Positions 15,459 through 25,900 of a stretch of 64,000 nt of DNA are shown in pieces. The stretch comes from Vulcanimicrobiota bacterium. Lineage in GTDB: Bacteria > Vulcanimicrobiota > Vulcanimicrobiia > Vulcanimicrobiales > Vulcanimicrobiaceae. Position numbers and translations under genes: made by a program. Within the stretch, counting starts at the first letter, position 1, and each line of letters begins with the position of its first letter. Under the pieces are notes generated by a model. The model ran no database searches. It saw nothing but the letters and a program-made list of their open reading frames with translations, and was not told where the DNA came from. The DNA lies in NCBI GenBank assembly GCA_963703305.1, contig OY969808.1, positions 2,903,422 to 2,967,421 of the forward strand, read 5' to 3'.

Positions 15459-17396
15459 CTAGCCGAGTTCGATCAGCGGCGCGCCGCCGGGAACGATATC
15501 GCCTTCCCTAACTAAGATGGATTTGACGCTCGCCGCGTTGGTCGCTTCGATGCGGTGTTCCATCTTCATCGCCTCGAGCACGATCAGCAGCGCGCGTTCG
15601 GCAACGTCGTCGCCTTGGCGGACGGCGATCTTGACGATCTTGCCGGGCATCGGCGCGGTGATGCGGCCATCGCTGCCCGCGCCGCCGATCGCGACCGCAG
15701 CATCGGAACTCGGCGCATCGGCGAAGCGCAGATCGTACGCCGCACCGTCGTAACGCACGGAGAACGCGCCGTCGATGCAGGCGACCTCGCCGGTGAATCG
15801 TGCGCCGTCGAAGTCGACGGCGATCGTACCGCCCGCGTGGCGCGCTTGCAGCGCGCCGGCGGCATCGCCGGTGAGATGCCACTCGCCGGGCGTCGAAGTT
15901 GCGTCGGCGCGATACTCGATCGTCTTGCCGTCGTGCTGCAAGCGAATCGGCATGCCGACGTGCGCGATGCGCCAGGGTGCGAGTCCGTCCAGGAGCAGCG
16001 CGGCGGCGCAGAGCAGCGCGGCCTCGCGCGGCAGCGTGCCGCGGGTGAAGATCGATTCGTCGAGATACTTTGCGAGAAAACTGGTGGTGGTGTCGCCGGC
16101 GCGAAACGCGTCGTTGCGCGCGATCCAGAGCAGCAGCGGAACGTTGGCGCGAACGCCGTCGATGCCGAACGATGCGAGCGCGCTGGTCAGGCGTGCGACG
16201 GCGTGGGCGCGATCGCTGCCGAACACGATGAGTTTGGCGAGCATCGGATCGTAGTAGACGCTCACCTCGCTGCCCGTGGTAACGCCGGCATCGACGCGAA
16301 CGCCAGGCCCTTCGGGCGGCGACCAGCGCACGATCGTACCGGTCGAGGGCAGCATGTGATTGGCGGGATCCTCGGCGTAGATGCGCGTCTCGATCGCCCA
16401 GCCGCGCGGCCGCACATCCTCTTGCGCGAACGTCAAGGCCTCGCCGTCGGCAATGCGCAGTTGCCATTGCACGAGATCGATGCCGTAGACGAGCTCGGTG
16501 ACCGGATGCTCGACTTGCAGCCGCGTGTTCATTTCAAGGAAGAAGAAGCTTCCGTCGGTATCGAGCATGAACTCGCAGGTGCCGGCGTTCACGTAGTCGA
16601 CCGACTTTGCGGCGCGCACGGCGGCCGCGCCCATGGTGGCGCGCAGTTCGGGCGAAAGCGCGACGGAGGGTGCTTCCTCGACGACTTTCTGATGCCGGCG
16701 CTGAATCGAACATTCGCGCTCGCCGAGATGCACGGTGCTGCCGTGCGCGTCGGCCAGCACTTGAAACTCGATGTGGCGCGGATCGCGCAAATACCGTTCG
16801 AGCAGGACGGCGTCATCGCCGAAAGCAGCCAGCGCTTCGCGTTTGGCCGCATCCAGCGACTCGTCGAACTGCGCGAGCGATTCCACCACGCGCATGCCGC
16901 GGCCGCCTCCGCCGGCGCTGGCTTTGATCAGCAGTGGAAAACCGACGCGCTCGGCTTCCTTGCGCAGCGTCGCGAGACTCTGATCGTCACCTTCGTAGCC
17001 CGGCACGACCGGGACGTCGAACTCGCGCACGCGGCGCTTGGCATCGATCTTACTGCCCATCGCCTTCATCGCTTCCGGTGACGGCCCGACGAAGATCAAC
17101 CCCGCATCGCGCACGGCCTGCGCGAACGCGGCGCGCTCCGAAAGAAAGCCGTATCCCGGATGCACGGCATCGGCGTTCATACTCACGGCCGCCGCGATGA
17201 CGTTATCGATGTTGAGATACGATTCGGATGCAGGCGCGGGACCGACGCAGCGCGCGTCGTCCATGAACTGCAGGTGGTAGGCGTTTTCGTCCGCTTGCGA
17301 ATAGATGCCGAGCGGAGCGATCCCCATTTCGCGTGCCCCGCGCGCGACGCGGACCGCGATCTCGCCGCGATTGGCGATCAACAGGCGGCGGATCAC
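15459..17396 (-). CDS. methylcrotonyl-CoA (acyl-CoA) carboxylase alpha subunit: biotin carboxylase plus biotinyl carrier domain
   Basis: C-terminal 645 aa of track ORF 15459..19028. GTG at 17396 overlaps the hydratase stop (GTGA). ..RRLLIANRGEIAVRV.., ATP-grasp motifs, and the biotinylation motif EAMKME near the C-terminus. Confidence 0.9.
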   Translation of the reverse strand: MIRRLLIANRGEIAVRVARGAREMGIAPLGIYSQADENAYHLQFMDDARCVGPAPASESYLNIDNVIAAAVSMNADAVHPGYGFLSERAAFAQAVRDAGLIFVGPSPEAMKAMGSKIDAKRRVREFDVPVVPGYEGDDQSLATLRKEAERVGFPLLIKASAGGGGRGMRVVESLAQFDESLDAAKREALAAFGDDAVLLERYLRDPRHIEFQVLADAHGSTVHLGERECSIQRRHQKVVEEAPSVALSPELRATMGAAAVRAAKSVDYVNAGTCEFMLDTDGSFFFLEMNTRLQVEHPVTELVYGIDLVQWQLRIADGEALTFAQEDVRPRGWAIETRIYAEDPANHMLPSTGTIVRWSPPEGPGVRVDAGVTTGSEVSVYYDPMLAKLIVFGSDRAHAVARLTSALASFGIDGVRANVPLLLWIARNDAFRAGDTTTSFLAKYLDESIFTRGTLPREAALLCAAALLLDGLAPWRIAHVGMPIRLQHDGKTIEYRADATSTPGEWHLTGDAAGALQARHAGGTIAVDFDGARFTGEVACIDGAFSVRYDGAAYDLRFADAPSSDAAVAIGGAGSDGRITAPMPGKIVKIAVRQGDDVAERALLIVLEAMKMEHRIEATNAASVKSILVREGDIVPGGAPLIELG

Positions 17397-18175
17397 TGCG
17401 CGAATCCGGCCGGACGGCGCTCGAGAAAAGCGCGCAGGCCCTCTTGGCCTTCCGGCGTGACGCGCTGTTTGGCAATCGCTTGCGCGGTCAGCAGCTTCGA
17501 CGCATCGTAGCTCGCTGCGGCGACGGCGGGGATCAGCGCTTTCGCGGCGGCGACCGCGGACGGACCGGCGGTGCGCAGCTCGGCGAGCACGCGTTCTACC
17601 GCGGCGTCGAGATCGGCGACGGCGACGACCTCGTGCACGAGGCCGATCGTGCGCGCGCGTTCGGCGCCGAATCGTTCGCCGGTAAGGAAGAGCGCGCGCG
17701 CGTACGACACGCCGATCTTCGCGAGCACGAACGGCGAGATCACCGCGGGAATGATGCCCAGTTTGGTTTCGGTAAAACCGAAGAGCGCGTCGTCGCCGGC
17801 GATCGCGATATCGCAGACGGCCGCCAGGCCCGCGCCGCCGCCGAGCGCCGCGCCTTGGATGCGCGCGATCACGGGCTTGCTGCAGCGATCGATCGCGCGA
17901 TACATCTCGCTCATCCGCTCCGCATCGGCGACGTTCTGATCGAAACTGAGCTCGAGCGACGCGCGCATCCAGTTGATGTCGGCGCCGCCGCAAAAGACTT
18001 TGCCCTCGCCCGCCAGCACCACCGCGCGGACGGCCGCGTCGCCGGAAAGCCGGGTGAAGATCGCGTGGAGTTCGCGGATGACGTCGGCGTTGAAGGCGTT
18101 GCGAACGTCGGGTCGCGCCAGCGTTACACGGGCAACGCCGCCGTCCATGGCAAGAGTAACGGTCGAATCGGGCAT
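17393..18175 (-). CDS. enoyl-CoA hydratase/isomerase family (methylglutaconyl-CoA hydratase-like)
   Basis: 260 aa. ..VVLAGEGKVFCGGADI..ARIQGAALGGGAGLAAVCDIAIA..FGFTETKLGIIPA.. is the crotonase fold signature. Confidence 0.85.
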   Translation of the reverse strand: MPDSTVTLAMDGGVARVTLARPDVRNAFNADVIRELHAIFTRLSGDAAVRAVVLAGEGKVFCGGADINWMRASLELSFDQNVADAERMSEMYRAIDRCSKPVIARIQGAALGGGAGLAAVCDIAIAGDDALFGFTETKLGIIPAVISPFVLAKIGVSYARALFLTGERFGAERARTIGLVHEVVAVADLDAAVERVLAELRTAGPSAVAAAKALIPAVAAASYDASKLLTAQAIAKQRVTPEGQEGLRAFLERRPAGFAQ

Positions 18176-18227
18176 GCGGGGCGCTTCTCGCTGTCATCCA
18201 AACTGGCCTTGATGGCGTATAGTCAAG

Positions 18228-19037
18228 GTGATGCCTACGCCAGCCGCCGTCCCGAAGGTCATCAAGCGCTACAGCTTCGTCACGCGGGCGAGCCACTGGT
18301 TCTGGGTGATCGCGTTCGGTATTTTGGTCTCGAGCGGGCTGCAGATCTTCAACGCATCCCCGATGCTCGACGCCTCCGACAAGAGCAATCCGGCCCGGCG
18401 CGTGCTGGCCATCGGTTCGCCGGACGACGGCACCGGCATCACGACGATCTTCGGCCACGACTTCAACACTACGGGCTGGCTCGGGTGGGTGGACGACGGT
18501 ACGGGCGGCAAAACCGCGCGTGCCTTCCCCGGCTGGATCACGATACCAGCCTACCAAGACCTCGCCGACGGCCGCCGCTGGCATCTCTTCTTTGCATGGT
18601 TTGCTGCGGCGTGCTGGCTCGCGTGGATCGTTTCGACGGCGATCAAGGGCAACTTGCGCGAGATGCTGCTGCGTCCGAGCGACCTCCCCAAGCTCTGGCC
18701 GATGCAGGCCTACTATTTGAAGCTCCGCAAAGAGCCGCCGCCGCACGGCATCTACAATCCGCTGCAAAAAGCCGCGTACACGAGCATCGGCTTCGTGCTC
18801 GCGCCGTTCGTGGTGCTCACCGGGCTCGCGCTTTCGCCCGGCATCGACGCGATCGCCAACCCGCTTACGTGGCTGCTGGGCGGCCGTCAGTTCGCGCGCT
18901 TGTGGCATTTCGCCGGAATGTTCGCGCTGATCGCCTTCATGTTCGTGCACGTTTTCCAAGTTGCAACCCAGGGTTTCTTGAACCAAATGAACTCGATGAT
19001 TACCGGCCGCTATCGACTGGACTCGCACGAATCGTGA
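18228..19037 (+). CDS. membrane b-type cytochrome (bacterial cytochrome b561 / Ni-hydrogenase cyt b-like family)
   Basis: 269 aa. ..RYSFVTRASHWFWVIAFGILVSSGLQIF.. plus several TM helices with conserved His. Translationally coupled to the next gene. Confidence 0.7.
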   Translation: MMPTPAAVPKVIKRYSFVTRASHWFWVIAFGILVSSGLQIFNASPMLDASDKSNPARRVLAIGSPDDGTGITTIFGHDFNTTGWLGWVDDGTGGKTARAFPGWITIPAYQDLADGRRWHLFFAWFAAACWLAWIVSTAIKGNLREMLLRPSDLPKLWPMQAYYLKLRKEPPPHGIYNPLQKAAYTSIGFVLAPFVVLTGLALSPGIDAIANPLTWLLGGRQFARLWHFAGMFALIAFMFVHVFQVATQGFLNQMNSMITGRYRLDSHES

Positions 19038-19774
19038 AGCGCAAACTCTTTCTGGCGTCGTCGATCTCGGCTGCGCTGGCGGGTTGTTCGCCGATCGGCA
19101 CCGCGTTGAACAACAACCAAGGCTTCCGGCGTCTGCTCGAATCGGCCGAAGGCTTGAATCATGCGGTCATCGGTACGCGCGGTTTGGCACGGCTCTACAA
19201 CGACCGCGACGTCGACACCACCTTTCGCGTGAACGGTTTCGCACCGCCGGCCGATCAGTCTTACGCGCGCATGATGATGGACGGGTTCCGCTCGTACAAG
19301 CTCGTGGTCGACGGTGCGGTCGACCGGCGCAGCGCGTTCACGCTGGCCGAGCTGCAACATATCGGCGAGCAGACGCAGATCACGCGGCACGATTGCGTGG
19401 AAGGCTGGAGCGCGATCGGCAAATGGAGCGGCGTACGTTTAGCCGACGTGCTGGCTGCGGTGAGTCCGCGATCCGATGCGAAGTACGTGGTGTTTCATTG
19501 TTTGGACAACGACGGCCAAGGCCATCTGTATTACGAAAGCCTCGACCTTCACCAGGCCAACCACCCGCAGGCGCTGCTGGCCATGAGCCTCAACGACGCG
19601 CCGCTGGATGCGGCCCACGGCGCGCCGGTACGGCTGCGCGTGCCGACGCAGCTCGGATACAAGAGCGCGAAATGGGTTGGAAGGATCGAGCTGGTCGGCA
19701 GCTACGCCAACATCTACGGCGGCGGCGGCGGATACTGGGAAGACCAGGGCTACGAATGGTACGCGGGGATCTAA
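19034..19774 (+). CDS. molybdopterin-dependent oxidoreductase (sulfite-oxidase / YedY-MsrP-like fold), lipoprotein
   Basis: C-terminal part of track ORF 17333..19774. GTG at 19034 overlaps the cyt b stop. Lipobox LAGCS. ..ITRHDCVEGWSAIGKWSGVRLADVL..GAPVRLRVPTQLGYKSAKWVGRIEL.. Confidence 0.8.
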   Translation: MKRKLFLASSISAALAGCSPIGTALNNNQGFRRLLESAEGLNHAVIGTRGLARLYNDRDVDTTFRVNGFAPPADQSYARMMMDGFRSYKLVVDGAVDRRSAFTLAELQHIGEQTQITRHDCVEGWSAIGKWSGVRLADVLAAVSPRSDAKYVVFHCLDNDGQGHLYYESLDLHQANHPQALLAMSLNDAPLDAAHGAPVRLRVPTQLGYKSAKWVGRIELVGSYANIYGGGGGYWEDQGYEWYAGI

Positions 19775-20484
19775 GCCTTGGTGCCGGCGCCCGATGGACT
19801 CAAGCCTTTGAACAGAAGCCAAACGCCCAATACCATTTCGAAGAGCGCCATCGGTACGTCGAACCAATACGAATTCACCATCGTGTCGAAGTGTGGGAAA
19901 ACGATGAAAGCGAAAGCGCAGATCACGCACCACGCCGACGAGATTACACCGAAGCCGGCCAACGCTCTCGGGATATAGCCTGACTTGAACCACAAGTAGC
20001 TGCACAGCGTGGAGGCCAATCCCCAAAACGGCAGGCCGACGTAGTACGCGTCAAAGCTCGCGGTGAGGTGCAGCTTTGCCAGGGTCTGCAATTGATCCGC
20101 ATGAAAGACCGAGAGGTAAGTAGCGTCACCCAAGAGGCGCAGAGCGGCAAGCGAGTTCAGCGCGGTAATGCTCCACATCACCGCAAATACCAGCCTACAG
20201 AACGTTGCGACTAGGGCCAGGTGCGGGTTCACCGGCTTGAGGATCACGTAGAGCGCTGCGAGCAGCACCACGACGTCCGCAACGTAGATCAGATTGCAAG
20301 CGATGTTGATGCGGAACAAGGTTTCGTGCGCCACGATGTTCTTGGCGGTTTCCACGGCATTGCCCGGGACGACGAGCCGAAAGTCGATACCGTAGTTCGC
20401 AACGATCACGATCGCTATCCCGAACAGGAAAGCGAATCCCGCGACTCGCGCAGCTTTGCGTTGCGACTCCTCGGGCGTGTTCAT
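19771..20484 (-). CDS. DUF4386 family membrane protein
   Basis: 237 aa. ..AARVAGFAFLFGIAIVI..GNAVETAKNIVAHETLFRINI.. is the pattern typical of DUF4386. GGAG SD upstream of the ATG. Confidence 0.7.
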   Translation of the reverse strand: MNTPEESQRKAARVAGFAFLFGIAIVIVANYGIDFRLVVPGNAVETAKNIVAHETLFRINIACNLIYVADVVVLLAALYVILKPVNPHLALVATFCRLVFAVMWSITALNSLAALRLLGDATYLSVFHADQLQTLAKLHLTASFDAYYVGLPFWGLASTLCSYLWFKSGYIPRALAGFGVISSAWCVICAFAFIVFPHFDTMVNSYWFDVPMALFEMVLGVWLLFKGLSPSGAGTKA

Positions 20485-20577
20485 CGGCCATTCACTCCTT
20501 AGAGCGATCCCCAGATGACCGCCCTACTAAAGCCAGCGCCGTTTTGTTTCGCGCGAATGGGGGCAAAGACGAGTTCG

Positions 20578-21063
20578 ATGCGATTCGTTAGGCGCGCGCT
20601 GCTCCGGATTGCTGCCGTTTTCGCGCTAGCGGCCTGCAGCGCGCCGGACCTGCACTCCGCCGCGGACTATGCGGGGGCGTCGGCGGTCGGCGTCCCCGAC
20701 GGCAGCCTTACCCTCATCGCCGGCCCGGAAACGGCGATCGTCCAAATGACGTCGACCGTGCGCTTTCCGCAGGGCGATACGCCGCCGGACGTGCGCAGCG
20801 TGTTGATGTATGAGGGCCCCGCGAGCGCGCCCGGCGCGTGCCTCTTTCGAGCGGGTTACAAAGGCAACCGTTCGTACACGATCGTCAAAGAGGATGTCGT
20901 GACACAGCCGTGCGACGGCAAGCAGCAGGCGCGCTTTCGAATCGCCGGCATCGACGTCGCGTTCGTCGGGCATCTCGTAAAAACCGACTACAAGGGAACG
21001 CCCGTCACGCTGTTCGAGATAAGCGATCACACCGTCCCTGAGTCGATCCACCTCGTCTATTAG
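20578..21063 (+). CDS. hypothetical lipoprotein
   Basis: ORF 20515..21063 trimmed to the ATG giving MRFVRRALLRIAAVFALAAC (lipobox). Start uncertain. Confidence 0.5.
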   Translation: MRFVRRALLRIAAVFALAACSAPDLHSAADYAGASAVGVPDGSLTLIAGPETAIVQMTSTVRFPQGDTPPDVRSVLMYEGPASAPGACLFRAGYKGNRSYTIVKEDVVTQPCDGKQQARFRIAGIDVAFVGHLVKTDYKGTPVTLFEISDHTVPESIHLVY

Positions 21064-21124
21064 CACGCGGCCTTTGACTTGACTTGATGCACGCCGTTCG
21101 CGACTGCGGTAGAATGGTCTGACC

Positions 21125-22159
21125 ATGACCCGCCGGTTCGCGGCCGCCGCCGTCGCATCGATCTTTCTCCTCGGCGTCTCGGGGCCGAACGACCTCGTCG
21201 CCGCGCTGCACGATGCCGCGACGTCGTACTACGCCAACCTCGCCAAGATCGCCAAGGTAACCAGCCGCGAGACGACGATCGACTACTACCAGCGCCTGCT
21301 CGATGACCAGGACATGCTGCTGAACGAACCGGCGCCCGTCGGGTACGATCAGGCGACCTGGGAGATCTCGACGCACGGAATCGCGACGCTCGATCTGAGC
21401 TTAGCCAATCAGTTGCTCACCGATACGATCACGCCGATGGCGTCGATCCGCGGATTGGGCGAAACGTTCGTGCGTTCGTCCAAGGACGGTTCGATGCAGC
21501 CCGTCGCAGTGTACGTACCTTCGTCGTACGTTCCCGGCAAAGACGCGCCGCTGATCGTCTTTTTGCACGGCAATCCGCAGTCGGAATCGCAGCTGCTCGC
21601 GCCGCGTTTCGTGCGCGAGCTCGCCGAAGCCAACGGCACGATTCTGGTCGCCCCCTACGGGCGCGGCTACTACGATTTCCGCGGAACGAAAGAGGACGTG
21701 TACGACGCGCTCGATGCGGCAGAGAAAGCCTTTTCGGTCGATCCGCGCAAGCGCTTTCTGGTCGGATACTCGATGGGCGGTTTTTCGGTTTTTGAGGTCG
21801 CACCGGACCGTCCCAACACTTGGACCGCCGTGATGTGCATTTCCGGCGCGCTGCTCGGCAGCGACGCACCGCGCGTGCTCGCGTTCATGCCCAGCACGCC
21901 GTTTTACGTGCTGACCGGTCTCAAAGACGAGAGCATCCCGACGCAGTACCCTACGGTCACCGCCTCCTATCTGAGCCAGCAGGGCATTCCGGTTTCCTTT
22001 TACTCCCTGCCGAACGGTATCCACCGGTTGATCAGCCTGCTGCCGATCCTCACGCTGGCTTGGGCCGACATGGTGCACGGGGTCGTCCGGTCTTCGCCCC
22101 CGGCGCTCGGCAATGCGATGCTCCCGACCCAAGCCCCGGTCGCGGGGATGAAAACCTAG
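21125..22159 (+). CDS. alpha/beta hydrolase (esterase/peptidase-like), secreted
   Basis: 344 aa. Signal-like N-terminus. ..PLIVFLHGNPQSE.. and nucleophile elbow GYSMGG. Confidence 0.75.
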   Translation: MTRRFAAAAVASIFLLGVSGPNDLVAALHDAATSYYANLAKIAKVTSRETTIDYYQRLLDDQDMLLNEPAPVGYDQATWEISTHGIATLDLSLANQLLTDTITPMASIRGLGETFVRSSKDGSMQPVAVYVPSSYVPGKDAPLIVFLHGNPQSESQLLAPRFVRELAEANGTILVAPYGRGYYDFRGTKEDVYDALDAAEKAFSVDPRKRFLVGYSMGGFSVFEVAPDRPNTWTAVMCISGALLGSDAPRVLAFMPSTPFYVLTGLKDESIPTQYPTVTASYLSQQGIPVSFYSLPNGIHRLISLLPILTLAWADMVHGVVRSSPPALGNAMLPTQAPVAGMKT

Positions 22160-22234
22160 GCTCTCCGAGTCCCTGCAGGGGGCATCCCCGTCGAATAGCA
22201 AGTAACCGTGGCTGGAATCCGCATGGAGGAACCA

Positions 22235-22948
22235 ATGCACTACCTGCGCCTCGCGCTGGCTACCGCTATGTTTGCTGCAGCGGCATTGGGTCCGCGCGCG
22301 CTCGCCGAGGAGCCGCCGCACTACACGTTCGACGTTACGGCACCCGGGACGGTGCAACAGAACCAGCTCTTGTATCTTGCCGGTGACGCCATGCATAGCC
22401 AATGGCGTGCCGTCTTAAGCAAAAAGCGCGTCGGTTCGTCAGGTCACGACGTCTTCTATCAGTGGTACCTATCGGTCTATGCGATCGATGGAACGACGTA
22501 CAAGCTGCAATACCAGTCTCCGCGCGACGGCGGCCCTTTCTCGAACGTGACGAAGGCCAACGGCGAGCAGATGTGGTTTCCGGTGCAGTCGGGGAAGATC
22601 GACGCGCCGATCGCGTTGATGACGGAAGGCAAAGATAATCTCGTCGTCGAGTCGCACGAATTTTCGGCGGATTGCGGCGGCGGCGTCGTCGCGGTCTTCA
22701 CCACCAACTCCGCCGGTAAGGTCGTGCCCGCGGTTTCCGCGCGCAACGGCTGCGAGCTCACCGCAACGCCGGTCAATTCGAAATCCGGCCCGAGTTTGAC
22801 GTTGAAAGGTCCGTATTACGGCCCGACTGCGCCGATGTGCTGCCCGACGATTGCGAATGCTACTGCAACGCTGCGATACGTCAACGGCCAGTGGGTCCAA
22901 ACGCCGAAGCGGTACGAACTTTTTCCGGGGAAGCTGCCCCCGCAATAG
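22235..22948 (+). CDS. secreted hypothetical protein (possibly LppP/LprE-like)
   Basis: ORF 22208..22948 trimmed to the ATG at 22235, preceded by GGAGGA. Signal peptide MHYLRLALATAMFAAAALG. C-terminal GPYYGPTAPMCCPT motif. Confidence 0.5.
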   Translation: MHYLRLALATAMFAAAALGPRALAEEPPHYTFDVTAPGTVQQNQLLYLAGDAMHSQWRAVLSKKRVGSSGHDVFYQWYLSVYAIDGTTYKLQYQSPRDGGPFSNVTKANGEQMWFPVQSGKIDAPIALMTEGKDNLVVESHEFSADCGGGVVAVFTTNSAGKVVPAVSARNGCELTATPVNSKSGPSLTLKGPYYGPTAPMCCPTIANATATLRYVNGQWVQTPKRYELFPGKLPPQ

Positions 22949-22949
22949 T

Positions 22950-25900
22950 ATGGATCGCTTGCGAGCCGCGCGCGAACTCCTTCGCCGAATTGCGATGCTG
23001 CTTTCGGGCGAGCAGGAATTGACGGAAGTGCTGCACGAGCTGTGTGCGCTGCTGGCCGAGACCTTCGAAGCCGGCGTTCGCGTCGGCTACACCGTTGAAA
23101 ACGGCGAGCCGCGGACGTACGAGCACGGCGAGCAACACCCCGAGATTCCGTCGACGCGCGTACCGGTCGCGTTCTCCGGACTCATCCTGGGCGATCTGTG
23201 GGTCAGCGCGGCGCGACCGCTCGATGCCGACGACGTGTCGCTGCTCGAAACGTGCGCGGTCTATCTCGGCGCGCGCCTGCACGACGAACAGAGCCGCGTG
23301 CGTACGGAACAGCTCGAGCGCCTCGCGCTCACCGACTCGCTCACGACGGTATCGAACCGCCGCGCGTTCGATCAGGCGATCTCGCGCGAGTGGTCGCGCG
23401 CGCGTCGTAACGGCAGCTCGCTCTCGCTGGTGATGCTCGACATCGATCACTTCAAACTCTACAACGACACCTACGGACATCGAGCCGGCGATCAGTGTCT
23501 GCGTTCGATCGCGGCCGCAGCGTCCGCATGTCTACGGCGCCCCGGCGATTTCTTCGGCCGCTACGGCGGTGAAGAGTTCGTCGCGCTACTTCCGGAAACG
23601 GGGTTGGAAGGCGGCTTGATCGTGGCCGAATCGATGCGCGGCACGATCGAACGGCTGGCGATCGCGAACACCGGCACGTCGATCGGGCGCGTCTCGATCA
23701 GCGTCGGCGTCGCGCAGTGCGTGCCCAAGGATACGGGCGATTCCGGTCAGCTCGTCGGATCGGCGGACGCCGCATTGTACGCGGCTAAGGCCGACGGGCG
23801 AAATCGCGTCGTCGGCGCGCACACGCTCGCTGCCGAAAACGTCGACGCGCGCTCGGTGCTCGGCAACATTCCGTCGCGTGCGACGCGGTTCGTCGGTCAC
23901 CACGATGAGGTCACGCGGCTAAGCGACGCGGTCGAGCGAGCGCCGGTCGTCACGATTACCGGCGCCGGCGGCGTCGGCAAGACGCGCATTGCGATCGAGA
24001 TTGCGCGCCGGCTGGCACGTTTCTTCTCGGACGGGACGTGGTTCTTGGATCTCGCAATGCTCGACGACCCGGCCGACTTCATGCCGTTTGCCTGCGAAGT
24101 GCTGCGCACCGTCGCGCCGCTCGCCCGCGACACCGAGAGTTTGGTCTCGGCCCTGCGCGACAAACGCCTGCTGGTCGTGATGGACAACTGCGAACACGTC
24201 ATCCCGCAGGCGGCGGAACTCGCGCGGCTGCTGGCGGTTTCTGCGCCGAAAGTGCGCGTCATCGCGACCTCGCGCGAACCGCTTCGGGTGAAAGGCGGTA
24301 CGACGCACCGGCTCGGGTCTCTCCCGCTTGAAGATGCCGTCGAACTGTTCACCGAGCGCGCGCGCGCCGGCGGCATTTGGCTCGGCGACGAACGGCGCGC
24401 GATCATCGCCGCGATCGTACAGCAGCTCGATTCAATTCCGCTGGCGATCGAACTCGCCGCACCGCAGCTGCGCAGCATGTCGCCGGAAGAACTGCTGCGC
24501 CGTTTGGACGAGCGCTTGCAAGTGCTCGGCGCGTCCAATCGCGGCGGTGCCAGCCGGCAACAGACGCTCGAAGCGCTGCTCGACTGGAGCCATCGACTGC
24601 TCGACGAGAACGGCCGCAAACTGTTCCGGCGGCTCGCGGTGTTCACGGGCGGCTGCACGCTCGAAGCTGCGATGCACGTGTGCGGCGACGAAGAGCGGCT
24701 CAACGAGGCCGTCGTCGGCGAAGCGCTGGCCGATCTCGTTTCCAAATCGCTCGTCTCCGAAGAGTCGTCACCGTCGGGAACGCGCTACCGCATGCTCGAG
24801 ATCACGCGCATCTACGCGCAGGGGCTGCTCGTCGCGTCGGAGGAGTTCGACGCCGCGGCGTACGCGCACGTTCGCTTTTTCACGACCCTCGCGCTGCGTT
24901 TCGAAGGCACCCTCGAAGCGACGCCGGTAACGCATTGGCGCAGCCTCGTCTCGATGGACGGGCAGAATTTCCGCGCCGCGCTCTCGCTGGCCATCGACGC
25001 GGGCGACGTCGACAGCGTCGCGACGATCTGTCAGGCGCTGCACTACTGGCTGTGGGAGCACGGCGCCGTGCAGGCAACCGATCTGGTGCGGCGCATTGCG
25101 GCGATTCTTGCGACGACGCTGCGCCCATCCGTCGAGGCGCCGATGCGCTTGGCGCTGGCTTCGCTCGTTCGCCGCTCGGACCGGACGCGCGCGCACGAGG
25201 CGGCGCGGCGCTCGCTGGATCTGTATCGTGCGCTCGGCGACGACATCCACGTCGGCGACGCGCTCCGCTGCACCGTCGCCACCGAACTCGAGACCGTCAG
25301 CGAACTGGATCCATCGCTCGAAGGCGAGATGCTGCGCTTCATCGAGACGATGCTCGATTTGGGCAGCACGCTGCGCGCTGCAGAGCTGCTCAACAATCTC
25401 GGCGTGTTTTACGCGCAGCTGCTGGACGACTCGCGCCTGCCTGAAGCGCTGGTGTGTTTCGAACGCGCTGCGGCCCTGCTCGAGGCGCGCGGCGACGCCG
25501 ACCGGTGCGGGCGCGTCATCGGAAACTCGGCCGGTATCGCGTTCCTGCTGGGCGATGCGGAGCTGGCGGCGCGCCGCAGCCGCCGCGCGGTCGAGCTGTT
25601 CGATCGCAGCGAAGAGAGTTGGAGCGGCGGCCGCCAGTGGGCCAATCACGGATACTATCTGCTGGCCTGCGGGCGTTACGACGAGGCACGGAATGCGTTG
25701 CGCCGCGGGATCGGCGTGCTGCGCGATCTCGGCGATCGGGTCGGGCTGGCGGGCGCGCTCGAGTATATGGCGCAGCTGTACCACCGAACCGGCGACGACC
25801 GGCTGGCCGCGCGATTGATCGGTTTTGCCGACGTGACGTTCGGCCCGGGCGTCGCACGCCAGGCGCGCGAGGCGGCAATGTTGCACGATCTGCTCGAGGC

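Noticed and set aside
15459-19028. 1189-aa minus-strand ORF spanning the carboxylase alpha gene, the hydratase gene and the cyt b gene region
   Set aside because: Only the C-terminal 645 aa (15459-17396) have biotin carboxylase/BCCP motifs. The upstream part is Arg-rich, out-of-frame-type sequence. It overlaps a well-supported enoyl-CoA hydratase gene in another frame and a plus-strand cytochrome gene. Open frames of this length are expected in high-GC DNA.
17333-19774. 813-aa plus-strand ORF
   Set aside because: Only the last 246 aa (from the GTG at 19034) show a lipobox plus a Moco oxidoreductase domain. The remainder is antisense to the hydratase gene and out of frame over the cytochrome b gene.
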